Positions 49,776 through 58,957 of a stretch of 64,000 nt of DNA are shown here, piece by piece (position 1 is the stretch's first letter; each line of letters starts with the position of its first letter). The translations under genes were made by a program, and so were the position numbers. The stretch spans positions 32,001 to 96,000 of the forward strand of contig JAVKJW010000002.1 of assembly GCA_031458695.1 (NCBI GenBank). Direction: 5' to 3'. Under the pieces are notes generated by a model. That model made no database searches, was not told the DNA's origin, and saw only the letters and a list, made by a program, of their open reading frames with translations. The DNA is from Candidatus Thermofontivivens primus. GTDB taxonomy: Bacteria; Sysuimicrobiota; Sysuimicrobiia; Sysuimicrobiales; Thermofontiviventaceae.

Positions 49776-51131
49776 ATGGGCAAGCTCTTTGGGACCGATG
49801 GAATTCGGGGCATCGCGAACGCGGATCTGACACCTGAGCTCGCCTTCCAAGTGGGGCGTGCGGCAGCTTTCTGCCTCCTGCGGGGGCGCACGGGCCCCGT
49901 CCTCCTTGGCCGTGATACCCGACTCTCTGGGTCGATGCTGGAAGCCTCCCTGGTAGCTGCGATCTGCTCGGTAGGGGGAGATGTGGCAAGGCTTGGGATC
50001 CTCCCAACTCCAGGGGTCGCCTATCTCACCAGAAGTTTCGGGGCGCCCTTTGGGGTAGTGATCTCAGCTTCCCATAACCCCATCGAGGATAATGGCATCA
50101 AATTTTTTGACCACGATGGGTTCAAGCTTCCAGAGAGCCTGGAGGAGGAGATTGAAGCACTGACCACTGCGTCTCAGGAGTTTCCCAGAGCAACGGGCAG
50201 AGCGATTGGGCAAGCGTGGGATCTGCCCCAGGGCGAGGAGGAATATCTCTCGTACTTGCTTGCGCACGCGCGGGGGAAGCTTGAGGGATGGCGCATCGTG
50301 GTGGATTGCGCGTACGGAGCAAGCTACCGGATCGCCCCTCGGTTGTGGGAGGCGCTCGGGGCTCGCGTGATCGCTCTGCACGATGAACCGGATGGAGCGC
50401 GCATTAACGTGGCCTGCGGGTCCACCCACCCGGAAGTCCTCCAGAAGGCCGTCCGGGAGCATGGAGCTGACCTGGGGTTCTCCCACGATGGGGATGCTGA
50501 CCGCGTCATCGCTGTGGATGAGCGCGGAGAGGTCGTGGACGGGGACCGCATTCTGGGGATCTGTGCCTTGCACCTGCACGCGTTGGGCAGGCTTCCAGGG
50601 AAGCGCGTGGTTGGTACCGTGATGAGCAACCTGGGCCTGGAGAAGGCATTGGCCAGGGCGGGGATTGTCCTGGAACGGACCAAGGTAGGCGACCGGTACG
50701 TTCTGGAGAAGATGCGCGAGCTCAACGCTCCCCTGGGAGGGGAGCAGAGCGGCCACATCATCTTTCTCGAATATGCAACGACGGGGGATGGCTTACTGAC
50801 TGCTCTCCAGCTCGTGAATGTCATGCTAGAAACGGGCAAACGGCTCTCTGACCTTGCTGCACCCATCGAGCGCTTCCCGCAGGTCCTCAAGAACGTGCGC
50901 GTTGCATCGCGTCCGGAGGTCGAGCGGGATGAGGAGATCCAAGAAGCTGTGCAGAGGTTCGCCTCTGCACTCGCCGGCCAGGGTAGGGTCCTTGTCCGCC
51001 CTTCGGGTACGGAGCCCGTTGTCCGGGTCATGGTCGAGTGTGAGCAAGAGGAGGAGGCAGAAGCCATTGCTGCCGAACTTGTAGAACTGATCCAGCGGAA
51101 GTACGGGGTAGAGATGGCGGGAGGGAGGTGA
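49776..51131 (+). CDS. glmM: phosphoglucosamine mutase
   Basis: LFGTDGIRG, ISASHNP, DGDADR, VGDRYV, GGEQSGH and RPSGTEP. Confidence 0.96.
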   Translation: MGKLFGTDGIRGIANADLTPELAFQVGRAAAFCLLRGRTGPVLLGRDTRLSGSMLEASLVAAICSVGGDVARLGILPTPGVAYLTRSFGAPFGVVISASHNPIEDNGIKFFDHDGFKLPESLEEEIEALTTASQEFPRATGRAIGQAWDLPQGEEEYLSYLLAHARGKLEGWRIVVDCAYGASYRIAPRLWEALGARVIALHDEPDGARINVACGSTHPEVLQKAVREHGADLGFSHDGDADRVIAVDERGEVVDGDRILGICALHLHALGRLPGKRVVGTVMSNLGLEKALARAGIVLERTKVGDRYVLEKMRELNAPLGGEQSGHIIFLEYATTGDGLLTALQLVNVMLETGKRLSDLAAPIERFPQVLKNVRVASRPEVERDEEIQEAVQRFASALAGQGRVLVRPSGTEPVVRVMVECEQEEEAEAIAAELVELIQRKYGVEMAGGR

Positions 51132-51156
51132 GAACAAAGGTGCACGGCCCCGCTTG

Positions 51157-51503
51157 AGCGCCTGGACCCACCCATTGTGTCTGTTGCGTCGATCGCGTTG
51201 GTTGTGATCTTTGTTCTACACACGTGCATGGCAACTCCGTTATTTCAAGACGGGTCCCCGGCAAACGTTCAAAGACTTTTGCCGGGGTACGATGGAACGC
51301 AACAGACGCGAGAAACGCAGTGAACACAGGTGGGTTGACGAGGGAGGGGTTGTGGGTTCCGTGGAGATCCAAGATTTTCACGGAACCCCATCGAACCATT
51401 CGGCGGATGCCCCTAGGCCCGGCCCGGGCCTCCTTGGGAAGGGGAGCGAGAAGGAAACCTACAAATCCCGGGGGTAACCCCGGGGACAAAGGGTTTCCAG
51501 GGC
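51157..51503 (+). ncRNA. glmS ribozyme/riboswitch with large peripheral insertions
   Basis: AGCGCCUGGAC (cleavage predicted at 51157|51158); P1 51165-72/51329-36; GACGAGG; P2 AGGGGU/GCCCCU; AUCGAA...UUCGGCGGAUG; P3 AGGCCC/GGGCCU with loop GCCC pairing to GGGC 51500-03 (P3.1); P4 GGAAACCU/GGGUUUCC; P4.1 CCGGGG-GUAA-CCCCGG. Lies directly upstream of glmS. Confidence 0.9.
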
Positions 51504-51710
51504 ACACAAGAGCGTGAGGCGTTTGGGGCAAGGAGGAGGGACTGCTCACTCCTCGCTCCTTCTCCGGCTGCAAAGGCTCCCAGCGGCACTGTGTACCTTC
51601 AGGGACCTTCTTCAGTTCTTGTGATGGACCCATCTCTGGGACCACGCCAAATCCAAGTTCTTCCACACAATATGCACGTATGTTGGTGACGACGCTGAAG
51701 GAGGTTCATC

Positions 51711-53537
51711 ATGTGTGGGATTATGGGCTACATTGGAGGACGGGACGCCCTTCCCATCCTCTTGGATGGGTTAAGGCGGCTGGAATACCGTGGATATGAT
51801 TCCGCGGGAGTTGCCGTCTATACCGGGGAGAGGTTGGAGATTCGGAAAGCGGCCGGCAAGCTGCGCCGCCTTGTGGAGATGGTCTCGGCCGCCCCGGTAC
51901 AGGGAACGGTGGGGATTGGACATACCCGCTGGGCCACGCACGGAAATCCTACCGACTATAATGCACACCCGCACAGCGATTGTAGAGGCCACATTGTGGT
52001 GATCCACAACGGGATCATTGAGAACTTCCTGGAGCTCAAGGAGGAGCTCCACCGCCGGGGACATCGCTTCCAGTCCGAGACGGATACAGAGGTCCTCGCC
52101 CACCTCATCGAGGAGGCCTACGAGGGGGATCTCGAGCGCGCTGTCCGCCATGCCATCTCCAGGGCCAGGGGGGCGTACGCCATCGTCGTGCTCTCCTCGC
52201 ATGAACCTGATAAGCTTATCGCCTGTCGGCAGATCAGCCCATTGATTGTGGGCCTGGGGGACGGGGAGACCTGGCTGGCCTCGGACATCCCTGCTCTCCT
52301 CCCCTATACGCGCAAGGTCATGGTGATCGAAGACGGTGAGATGGCCACGATCACCAGGGACGGCGTTCGCATTACCACCCTCAACGGGGAAGTAGTAGAG
52401 AAAACCCCCATCCATGTGACCTGGGATGCCGAGATGGCTGAGCGAGGTGGGTATCCCCACTTCATGCTGAAGGAGATCCACGAGCAGCCCCGGGCTCTCC
52501 AGGAGACCCTCATGGGCCGCTTGGACCACGCTGGTCAGATCAGCCTTGATGGGGTTTCCCTCCCCGATATATTCGTGGAGAGGCTGGAGAAGGTCTGGCT
52601 CGTGGCATGCGGGACCGCCTACCATGCCGGGCTTGTCGGAAAATGGCTCCTCGAGCACCTGAGCAGGATCCCAGCGGAAGCGGACCTCGCCTCCGAGCTG
52701 CGGTATCGGGACCCCCTGGTCTTTGGGACGAATCTCACTGTGGCCATCAGTCAGTCGGGGGAGACCGCGGACACCTTGGCGGCGGTCAGGGAGATGAAAG
52801 CCCGGGGGTCGCGGATCTTGGCCATTACCAACGTGGTCGGGAGCACCCTCACCCGTGAGGCGGACGATGTTCTCTATATTCGCGCTGGACCAGAGATCGC
52901 CGTGGCCTCCACGAAAGCTTACCTGACCATGCTCGTTGCCTTGACCATGCTGGCCATCGAGCTAGGCAGGCGACGTAAGGCAATCCCCGACGAACGGCTG
53001 AACGCCTTGCTTTATGGCCTCCGCGAGCTCCCCGGGAAGGCGCAGGATGTCCTCCGCAGGGAGCCAGAAGTCTTGGAGCTAGCGAAGCGGTACGCGCACT
53101 GTCAGGATATCTTCTTCATCGGCAGGGGCCTCGACTATGCCATCGCCATGGAAGGGTCCCTCAAACTCAAGGAGATCTCCTATGTCCACTCCGAGGCTCT
53201 GGCTGCAGGGGAACTGAAGCACGGAACTCTGGCGCTTGTTACAGATGGGGTTCCTGTCTTCGCCCTGTGCACGCAACGACACGTGCGGGAGAAAATGCTG
53301 AGTAACATCCAGGAGGTTAAGGCGCGCGGAGCCATGGTTGTTGCTGTGGCCTACGAAGATGATCGGGAGGTGGCATCCCTCGTAGACCATGTGATTCCCA
53401 TCCCGCCGGTGGACGATCTCCTGAGTCCCATCCTGGCCATTATCCCGCTCCAGCTCTTCGCGTATTACGTGGCGCGGGAGCGTGGTCACGACATTGACCA
53501 GCCGCGGAACCTGGCGAAGAGTGTGACGGTAGAGTAA
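51711..53537 (+). CDS. glmS: glutamine--fructose-6-phosphate aminotransferase
   Basis: MCGI, LEYRGYDSAG, GHTRWATHG, HNGIIEN, SQSGETADT, VASTKA and DQPRNLAKSVTVE. Confidence 0.98.
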   Translation: MCGIMGYIGGRDALPILLDGLRRLEYRGYDSAGVAVYTGERLEIRKAAGKLRRLVEMVSAAPVQGTVGIGHTRWATHGNPTDYNAHPHSDCRGHIVVIHNGIIENFLELKEELHRRGHRFQSETDTEVLAHLIEEAYEGDLERAVRHAISRARGAYAIVVLSSHEPDKLIACRQISPLIVGLGDGETWLASDIPALLPYTRKVMVIEDGEMATITRDGVRITTLNGEVVEKTPIHVTWDAEMAERGGYPHFMLKEIHEQPRALQETLMGRLDHAGQISLDGVSLPDIFVERLEKVWLVACGTAYHAGLVGKWLLEHLSRIPAEADLASELRYRDPLVFGTNLTVAISQSGETADTLAAVREMKARGSRILAITNVVGSTLTREADDVLYIRAGPEIAVASTKAYLTMLVALTMLAIELGRRRKAIPDERLNALLYGLRELPGKAQDVLRREPEVLELAKRYAHCQDIFFIGRGLDYAIAMEGSLKLKEISYVHSEALAAGELKHGTLALVTDGVPVFALCTQRHVREKMLSNIQEVKARGAMVVAVAYEDDREVASLVDHVIPIPPVDDLLSPILAIIPLQLFAYYVARERGHDIDQPRNLAKSVTVE

Positions 53538-53562
53538 GTCCTTTCGCCATCCGTCAAGTCTG

Positions 53563-53616
53563 TTGCAATCGGGCATCTCCGTTGATACAATGGCTTCAGA
53601 TTCTGTGAACTGTTCA
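53563..53616 (+). promoter_or_regulatory. sigma70 promoter of the HTH-TPR gene with downstream palindrome
   Basis: TTGCAA (53563) - 17 nt - TACAAT (53586) with TGn; TGAAC-t-GTTCA at 53606-53616. Confidence 0.6.
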
Positions 53617-53632
53617 AATGGGCGGGAGGACG

Positions 53633-54985
53633 ATGAGTGAGTCGCTAGGGCAGAGAGTTCGCCGCGCGCGCTTGGAGCTCGGGATGAGCCAGCATCAACT
53701 GGCCGCCCCCGATCTCTCCAAGAGCCTGATCAGTCTCATCGAAAACGACCGGCTACGACCTTCTCTGAAAACCCTCCAGAAAATTTCAGAGAGGCTTCAG
53801 AAACCCCTCACGTACTTCTTTGAAGTGGAAGGTCCACTCTCTGCGAAGGATCTCCGCCTCCTTCTTGAGATCGGGGAAACCGAGCTCGCCCGAGGCAGGT
53901 TCCCCCGTGCTCTCGAGGCTTTCCAATCGGCGTTAGATCTGGCAAGGTCCCTCGGCGATGCCCAAGCCGAGGTACGAGCCATGACGGGTCTGGGGGTCGC
54001 CTACAGGGAGACGGGGACATTGGAGAAGGCGGAGGCAACGCTGGGAGAAGCCCACGACCTTGCCAGGGCCAAAGGCGACAGCAACGCCCTCGTCCGTGTG
54101 CTCCTCGAGCTTGCGACCTTGGCCCTGCGCCAAGCCAAGCCCCGGCAAGCCCTTGGACACCTCCACGCAGCTTTGAAGATCCTGGAGGAGAGCCGCCTCC
54201 CCGACCCCTCCTTGAGGACCAGGACGCTCATGCTTCGCGGGATCGCGTACGGCCAGCTGGGGCAGTTCACCGAGGCGATCACAAGCTTTGAGGAAGCTTT
54301 GAAAGCGAGCGCAGGCAGCGGGGACTTGGCCAGGATGGGAGAGCTCTATGCAGAGATCGGTGCCGCACACCGCGCTTCTGGCAACCTCGAGGAAGCGATT
54401 CGCTACATGCAGCAGGCGCGGGAGACTTTCGAAGCGCTGGAAGACCTCAAGCGGGTCGGAGTGATCAGCCGGAACCTTGGGATGATCCTCATGGAGCGCG
54501 GGGACCCACAGGGTGCCCTTCCCCACCTGGAGCGGAGCGTCCGGATTACTGAGCAGATCGGCCAGGAGCACTCCCGCGCGTATACCCTTGCAGAACTGGG
54601 CCGTTGCCGACTTGCCCTGGGAGACGTTGTGGGGGCCCGTAAAGCGTGTGAGGAGGCCAAGCGCTTCCTTCCACCGGGTTCCGATTCGGCGGAACAGGGC
54701 CGGGTCGAGCTGGTTATGGCCCAGGTTGTTGATGCGGAAGGGCAGGTCGACCAAGCCATTGATCATGCCCGGAATGCTCTTGGGATCTTTGAGAAACTCG
54801 GCTTGACAGCGGATCTGGCGCGGGCTCGCATCGAGCTGGGGCGGCTTCTCCTGAAGAAGGGAGTGCCCACAGAGGCAGCTCCCCTCCTGTGGCAGGCGAT
54901 TGAGGAGCTAGGGGTGTTACGGAAAGGGCTTGCGGGGTTCCCTCAGGAAATGGGTTCACCCAGCGGTCCCAGCACAACCCTCTGA
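53633..54985 (+). CDS. XRE-HTH + tetratricopeptide-repeat transcriptional regulator
   Basis: LGQRVRRAR..LGMSQ.QLA...LSKSLISLIE.D...PS...L..I...L, followed by multiple TPR-like repeats. GGGAGG RBS. Confidence 0.88.
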   Translation: MSESLGQRVRRARLELGMSQHQLAAPDLSKSLISLIENDRLRPSLKTLQKISERLQKPLTYFFEVEGPLSAKDLRLLLEIGETELARGRFPRALEAFQSALDLARSLGDAQAEVRAMTGLGVAYRETGTLEKAEATLGEAHDLARAKGDSNALVRVLLELATLALRQAKPRQALGHLHAALKILEESRLPDPSLRTRTLMLRGIAYGQLGQFTEAITSFEEALKASAGSGDLARMGELYAEIGAAHRASGNLEEAIRYMQQARETFEALEDLKRVGVISRNLGMILMERGDPQGALPHLERSVRITEQIGQEHSRAYTLAELGRCRLALGDVVGARKACEEAKRFLPPGSDSAEQGRVELVMAQVVDAEGQVDQAIDHARNALGIFEKLGLTADLARARIELGRLLLKKGVPTEAAPLLWQAIEELGVLRKGLAGFPQEMGSPSGPSTTL

Positions 54986-55045
54986 GAACGTGCATAAGAT
55001 CCTTACCGGGTGCTTCATGGGAATGGCAGGGGAGGAGGCACGTCG

Positions 55046-55210
55046 ATGATCGATAAAGAGCTTTTGGAGATCCTGGCCTGTCCCCTTTGTAAGACGCCTG
55101 TAGAACTTGTGGAGGACCGCCTTGTCTGCACGCATTGTGGTCGTCGCTATCCCATCCGGGATGGAATCCCTGTCATGCTCATCGACGAGGCGGAGCTTCC
55201 AGGTTCCTGA
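55046..55210 (+). CDS. Trm112/YcaR-family small protein
   Basis: MIDKELLEILACPLCK...LVCTHCGRRYPIRDGIPVML. GGAGGAGG RBS. Confidence 0.9.
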   Translation: MIDKELLEILACPLCKTPVELVEDRLVCTHCGRRYPIRDGIPVMLIDEAELPGS

Positions 55211-55285
55211 ACTACCCTACGCGATCCCTCGGGTGGAATTCTTTCCCATTGCAGGGCCCCTCGACGATCTGGTTGGAGGCGGGCA

Positions 55286-56881
55286 ATGCGACTTGTGACC
55301 GCTTCGGAAATGGCCGAGTTTGACCGCAGGGCAGTGGAGGAATACGGCATCCCACGCCTCCTCCTCATGGAGCACGCCGGGTGGAAGGTGGCGTGGGTCG
55401 CTCGGGCCCTCCTCCATGGAAGGGAGGGGAGGAGGGTCCTTGTGCTGGCCGGGAAGGGGAACAACGGGGGGGATGGGCTTGTAGCTGCCCGTCACCTCCA
55501 AAGCCTTGGGATCCCCGTTCGAATTGTGTTGTTTGGCAAGGAGGAAGAGGTTGCCGGGGAGGCCAGGATAAACCTGGAGATTGCCAAGAGAATTGGGTTG
55601 GAGATCGTGCGGGGGGATCAAGACACCCAGGTGGTGCAAGAAGAGGTAAAACATGCTGACCTGCTCATCGATGCCCTCCTCGGCACAGGCTTCCGTGGGG
55701 TTGTGCGCGGGGCCATGGCCGATGCCATCGAGATTGCCAATGCCTCAAGGAAGCCCATCCTTGCAGTAGACCTGCCCTCTGGCCTCGATGCGGATACCGG
55801 GCGTGTGGAGGGACCCTGCATGCGTGCCGCTGTGACGGTCACGATGGGGCTCCCCAAGATCGGGCTCTTCCTCTACCCCGGCGCATCCTTTGTAGGGAGG
55901 CTTTACCTCGCCGACATCGGTTTCCCCCGTGCCCTGCTGGAATCCCAGGGATGGGCCCAGCTCGCTGGTCCGGAATTGGTCCGAGAGAACCTTCCACCGC
56001 GGCGCCCCGACACCCATAAAGGGGATTATGGGCGCGTTTTTCTCCTTGCCGGATCTGTCGGGTACACCGGGGCCGCGGCCCTGTGCGCGCTTGGGGCGGT
56101 GCGCGCCGGCGCAGGTCTCGTGACGCTCGGGGTACCCGAGACGATCTACCCGATCGTGGGAAGCAAGGTGACCGAGGCGATGCCTACCCCCCTCCCTGCG
56201 GACGGGACTTCCCTCTCCGAAGCGGCCGTAGAGCGGGTCCTGACACTTGCCGCAGCGGCCGATGTGGTTGCTGCGGGTCCCGGTCTCTCCACCGCTCCAG
56301 GCGTTGCCCGGGTGATCCGGGCATTGCTCCAGGTAGGCCGCCCCATCGTGCTCGATGCAGACGCCCTCAACGTCCTGGCGGGTCAGAGTGAGATCTTGCG
56401 CAGCGCCGCAGGACCTGTGGTGATCACCCCTCACCCCGGGGAGATGGCCAGGCTGTTAGGGATCTCGACGCGGGAGGTGCAGAGTGATCGGGTGGGAATC
56501 GCTCGCCGGGTGAGCCAGGATCTTCGCGTGACTGTGGTTCTGAAAGGGGCGCGCACGATCGTTGCGGATCCTTCTGGGGGAGTCACCATCATCCCTACGG
56601 GCAATCCAGGGATGGCAACGGGGGGAATGGGCGACGTCCTAACGGGAGCGATTGCTGCACTGATCGGCCAGGGGATCCAGCCATCGACGGCGGCTGCGCT
56701 CGGAGCCTACCTCCACGGCCTCGCGGGAGATCTCCTCGCTCAGGAGACGGGGGGGATCGGGCTTCTTGCTTCAGAAGTGGCCAACCGGCTGCCTGTGGCG
56801 ATTGCGCGGGCGCGTTCAGGGCAGGTGGAGGAACCAGTCCTCCGGATTGAGGGAAGGGAGGCCTCTCTCCCCTCCCCATGA
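55286..56881 (+). CDS. nnr: bifunctional NAD(P)H-hydrate epimerase/dehydratase
   Basis: LMEHAG, GKGNNGGDG, DALLGTG, DLPSG, HKGDYG, DADAL, TPHPGEM and ATGGMGDVL. Confidence 0.94.
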   Translation: MRLVTASEMAEFDRRAVEEYGIPRLLLMEHAGWKVAWVARALLHGREGRRVLVLAGKGNNGGDGLVAARHLQSLGIPVRIVLFGKEEEVAGEARINLEIAKRIGLEIVRGDQDTQVVQEEVKHADLLIDALLGTGFRGVVRGAMADAIEIANASRKPILAVDLPSGLDADTGRVEGPCMRAAVTVTMGLPKIGLFLYPGASFVGRLYLADIGFPRALLESQGWAQLAGPELVRENLPPRRPDTHKGDYGRVFLLAGSVGYTGAAALCALGAVRAGAGLVTLGVPETIYPIVGSKVTEAMPTPLPADGTSLSEAAVERVLTLAAAADVVAAGPGLSTAPGVARVIRALLQVGRPIVLDADALNVLAGQSEILRSAAGPVVITPHPGEMARLLGISTREVQSDRVGIARRVSQDLRVTVVLKGARTIVADPSGGVTIIPTGNPGMATGGMGDVLTGAIAALIGQGIQPSTAAALGAYLHGLAGDLLAQETGGIGLLASEVANRLPVAIARARSGQVEEPVLRIEGREASLPSP

Positions 56882-56915
56882 ATCCAAGTGCGTGAGGGAT
56901 TCCAGGAGGTTTGGT

Positions 56916-58037
56916 GTGGAGTTGCGTACCTTAACCCTCCGGCCGGCGTGGGCAGAGGTGGACCTGGGGGCAATCCGTGGGAACGTCCAAGCCCTATGCG
57001 CCTTACTGGGTCCGGGGACCAAGCTCCTTGCCGTGGTCAAGGCAAATGGGTACGGACATGGGGCAGTCGAGGTGGCGAAGGCCTGCCTCCAGGCAGGCGC
57101 TTCCTGGCTGGGGGTGGCTATCCCCGAGGAGGCGCTCTCCCTCCGGGAGGCCGGGATCTCCGCCCCGATCCTCATCCTGGGGTATATGCCGCCGCAGGCA
57201 GCGGAAGCAGTCGTGGACGCAGAGCTCTCTGCCGCGGTGTTCAGCGAGCAGGTTGCGCAGGCACTTTCCCGTGCTTCCCGCAAGCTGGGAAAACCCGCTC
57301 GGGTGCATCTCAAGGTAGACACTGGAATGGGACGGCTGGGCGTAAGCCCGGAAGGAATTCGGGATTTCGTCCGGCGCATCCGGCAGTTGCCAGGTCTTCT
57401 CATCGAGGGAGTCTTCACCCACTTTGCCACTGCCGATGAGGAAGACCTTTCCTACTGCCGGCAACAGCTGGAGAGGTTCTATCAGGTGCTGGAGGTCCTG
57501 GAAGGGGAGGGACTGCCCATCTCTCTCCGGCATGCAGCCAATAGTGCCGCAACCCTCTCCCTGCCTGAGAGCCACCTCGATATGGTGCGCGTGGGGCTAG
57601 CGTTGTACGGGATCCCTCCAGCGATCCACCTCAATGGGAAGGTCCCTCTCAAGCCCGCCATGGCTTTGAAGGGGCGTGTCGCGTTTGTCAAGCGGGTGCC
57701 CCCTGGGACAAGTATCAGCTATGGGAGGACGTACACGACGCGTAGGGAGACCGTGGTTGCTACAATCCCTATCGGGTATGCGGACGGGTATCCTCGGTCC
57801 CTGTCGAACAGAGGGTACGTCCTGCTGAAGAATCGCCGTCTCCCTGTGATAGGGCGGGTCTGCATGGATCATTTCATGGTCGATGCGACAGAGGTGGCGC
57901 CTGTGGAGGAGGGAGAGGAGGTCATGCTCTTTGGTCCCGGCCTTCCTGTAGAAGAGGTCGCGGAGTGGGCGGGGACCATCCCTTACGAGATCCTAACCGG
58001 AGTCAGCAGCAGGGTCCCGCGGGTTTATCACTCTTAG
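56916..58037 (+). CDS. alr: alanine racemase
   Basis: AVVKANGYGHG, HLKVDTGMGRLG, THFA.AD, ANSAA, GYADG, GRVCMD and TIPYE. GTG 56916 follows AGGAGG. Confidence 0.96.
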   Translation: MELRTLTLRPAWAEVDLGAIRGNVQALCALLGPGTKLLAVVKANGYGHGAVEVAKACLQAGASWLGVAIPEEALSLREAGISAPILILGYMPPQAAEAVVDAELSAAVFSEQVAQALSRASRKLGKPARVHLKVDTGMGRLGVSPEGIRDFVRRIRQLPGLLIEGVFTHFATADEEDLSYCRQQLERFYQVLEVLEGEGLPISLRHAANSAATLSLPESHLDMVRVGLALYGIPPAIHLNGKVPLKPAMALKGRVAFVKRVPPGTSISYGRTYTTRRETVVATIPIGYADGYPRSLSNRGYVLLKNRRLPVIGRVCMDHFMVDATEVAPVEEGEEVMLFGPGLPVEEVAEWAGTIPYEILTGVSSRVPRVYHS

Positions 58038-58049
58038 GGGGAGAGCAGG

Positions 58050-58865
58050 ATGAAAGTAGCATTCCAGGGAGAGAGGGGGGCGTATAGCGAGGAGGCCGTG
58101 GCGCTCCTGTTCCACGATGTCGATCTCCTCCCTTGCAGGACCCTCCGAGAGGTGTTCGAGGCGACTGCGGCGGGAAGCGTGGACAGCGGGGTCGTCCCGG
58201 TGGAGAACTCCCAAGCGGGGAGCATCAACGAGACATACGATCTCCTCCTGCGCTATGACCTGTTCATCACAGGCGAGGTGGACGTCCGCGTGCAGCACTG
58301 CCTCCTTGGTCTTCCGGGGGAGACCCTGGAATCGATCAAGAAGGTTTTCTCCCATCCCCAGGCCCTTGCCCAGTGCGAGGAGTTCCTCCGTCGCCTAGGA
58401 GCCGAGATGATCCCCACCTACGATACCGCGGGGAGTGCCAAAATGGTTGCCCATGAGAAGCTCAGTGGATGCGCGGCAGTCGCCAGTCGGCGTGCAGCCA
58501 TGCTCTATGGTCTCCAAGTACTCGCCTCCGGGATTGAGACCAACCCAGACAACTACACCAAGTTCCTAGCCATCGGTAGGGAGCCTGCACCGTATACTCC
58601 GGTCTCTAAGACCTCCCTCGTCTTCGCAACGCGCAATGTTCCGGGGGCGCTCTACCGAGCTCTGGGTGTCTTTGCCACCCGAGAGATCAACCTGACCAAG
58701 TTGGAATCCCGTCCCAGCAGGCGCAGGCCTTGGGAGTATATCTTCTATCTCGACTTTGAGGGACATCTCCAAGACTCTGCGTGTCGGGAGGCTCTCGAGG
58801 AGCTCAAGAAGTATACAACTTTTCTGAAGATTCTGGGATCCTATCCAAAGGTGCCAAGTCCCTAG
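58050..58865 (+). CDS. pheA: prephenate dehydratase (PDT + ACT)
   Basis: AFQGERGAYSE, PVENS, SHPQALAQC, NYTKF, INLTKLESRP and LGSYP. Confidence 0.95.
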   Translation: MKVAFQGERGAYSEEAVALLFHDVDLLPCRTLREVFEATAAGSVDSGVVPVENSQAGSINETYDLLLRYDLFITGEVDVRVQHCLLGLPGETLESIKKVFSHPQALAQCEEFLRRLGAEMIPTYDTAGSAKMVAHEKLSGCAAVASRRAAMLYGLQVLASGIETNPDNYTKFLAIGREPAPYTPVSKTSLVFATRNVPGALYRALGVFATREINLTKLESRPSRRRPWEYIFYLDFEGHLQDSACREALEELKKYTTFLKILGSYPKVPSP

Positions 58866-58957
58866 GGCCTGCAGTTGGCGCTTTTGCGCCATTGTCAGAG
58901 ATTTCCTTGACGCCGGTCCCGGGGAGAAGGTAAAGATAATGATGGGAGGGTTCTTCT

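Noticed and set aside
55046..55210. Signalling peptide for the HTH-TPR regulator
   Set aside because: It is a typical Trm112/YcaR zinc-ribbon protein with no signal peptide.
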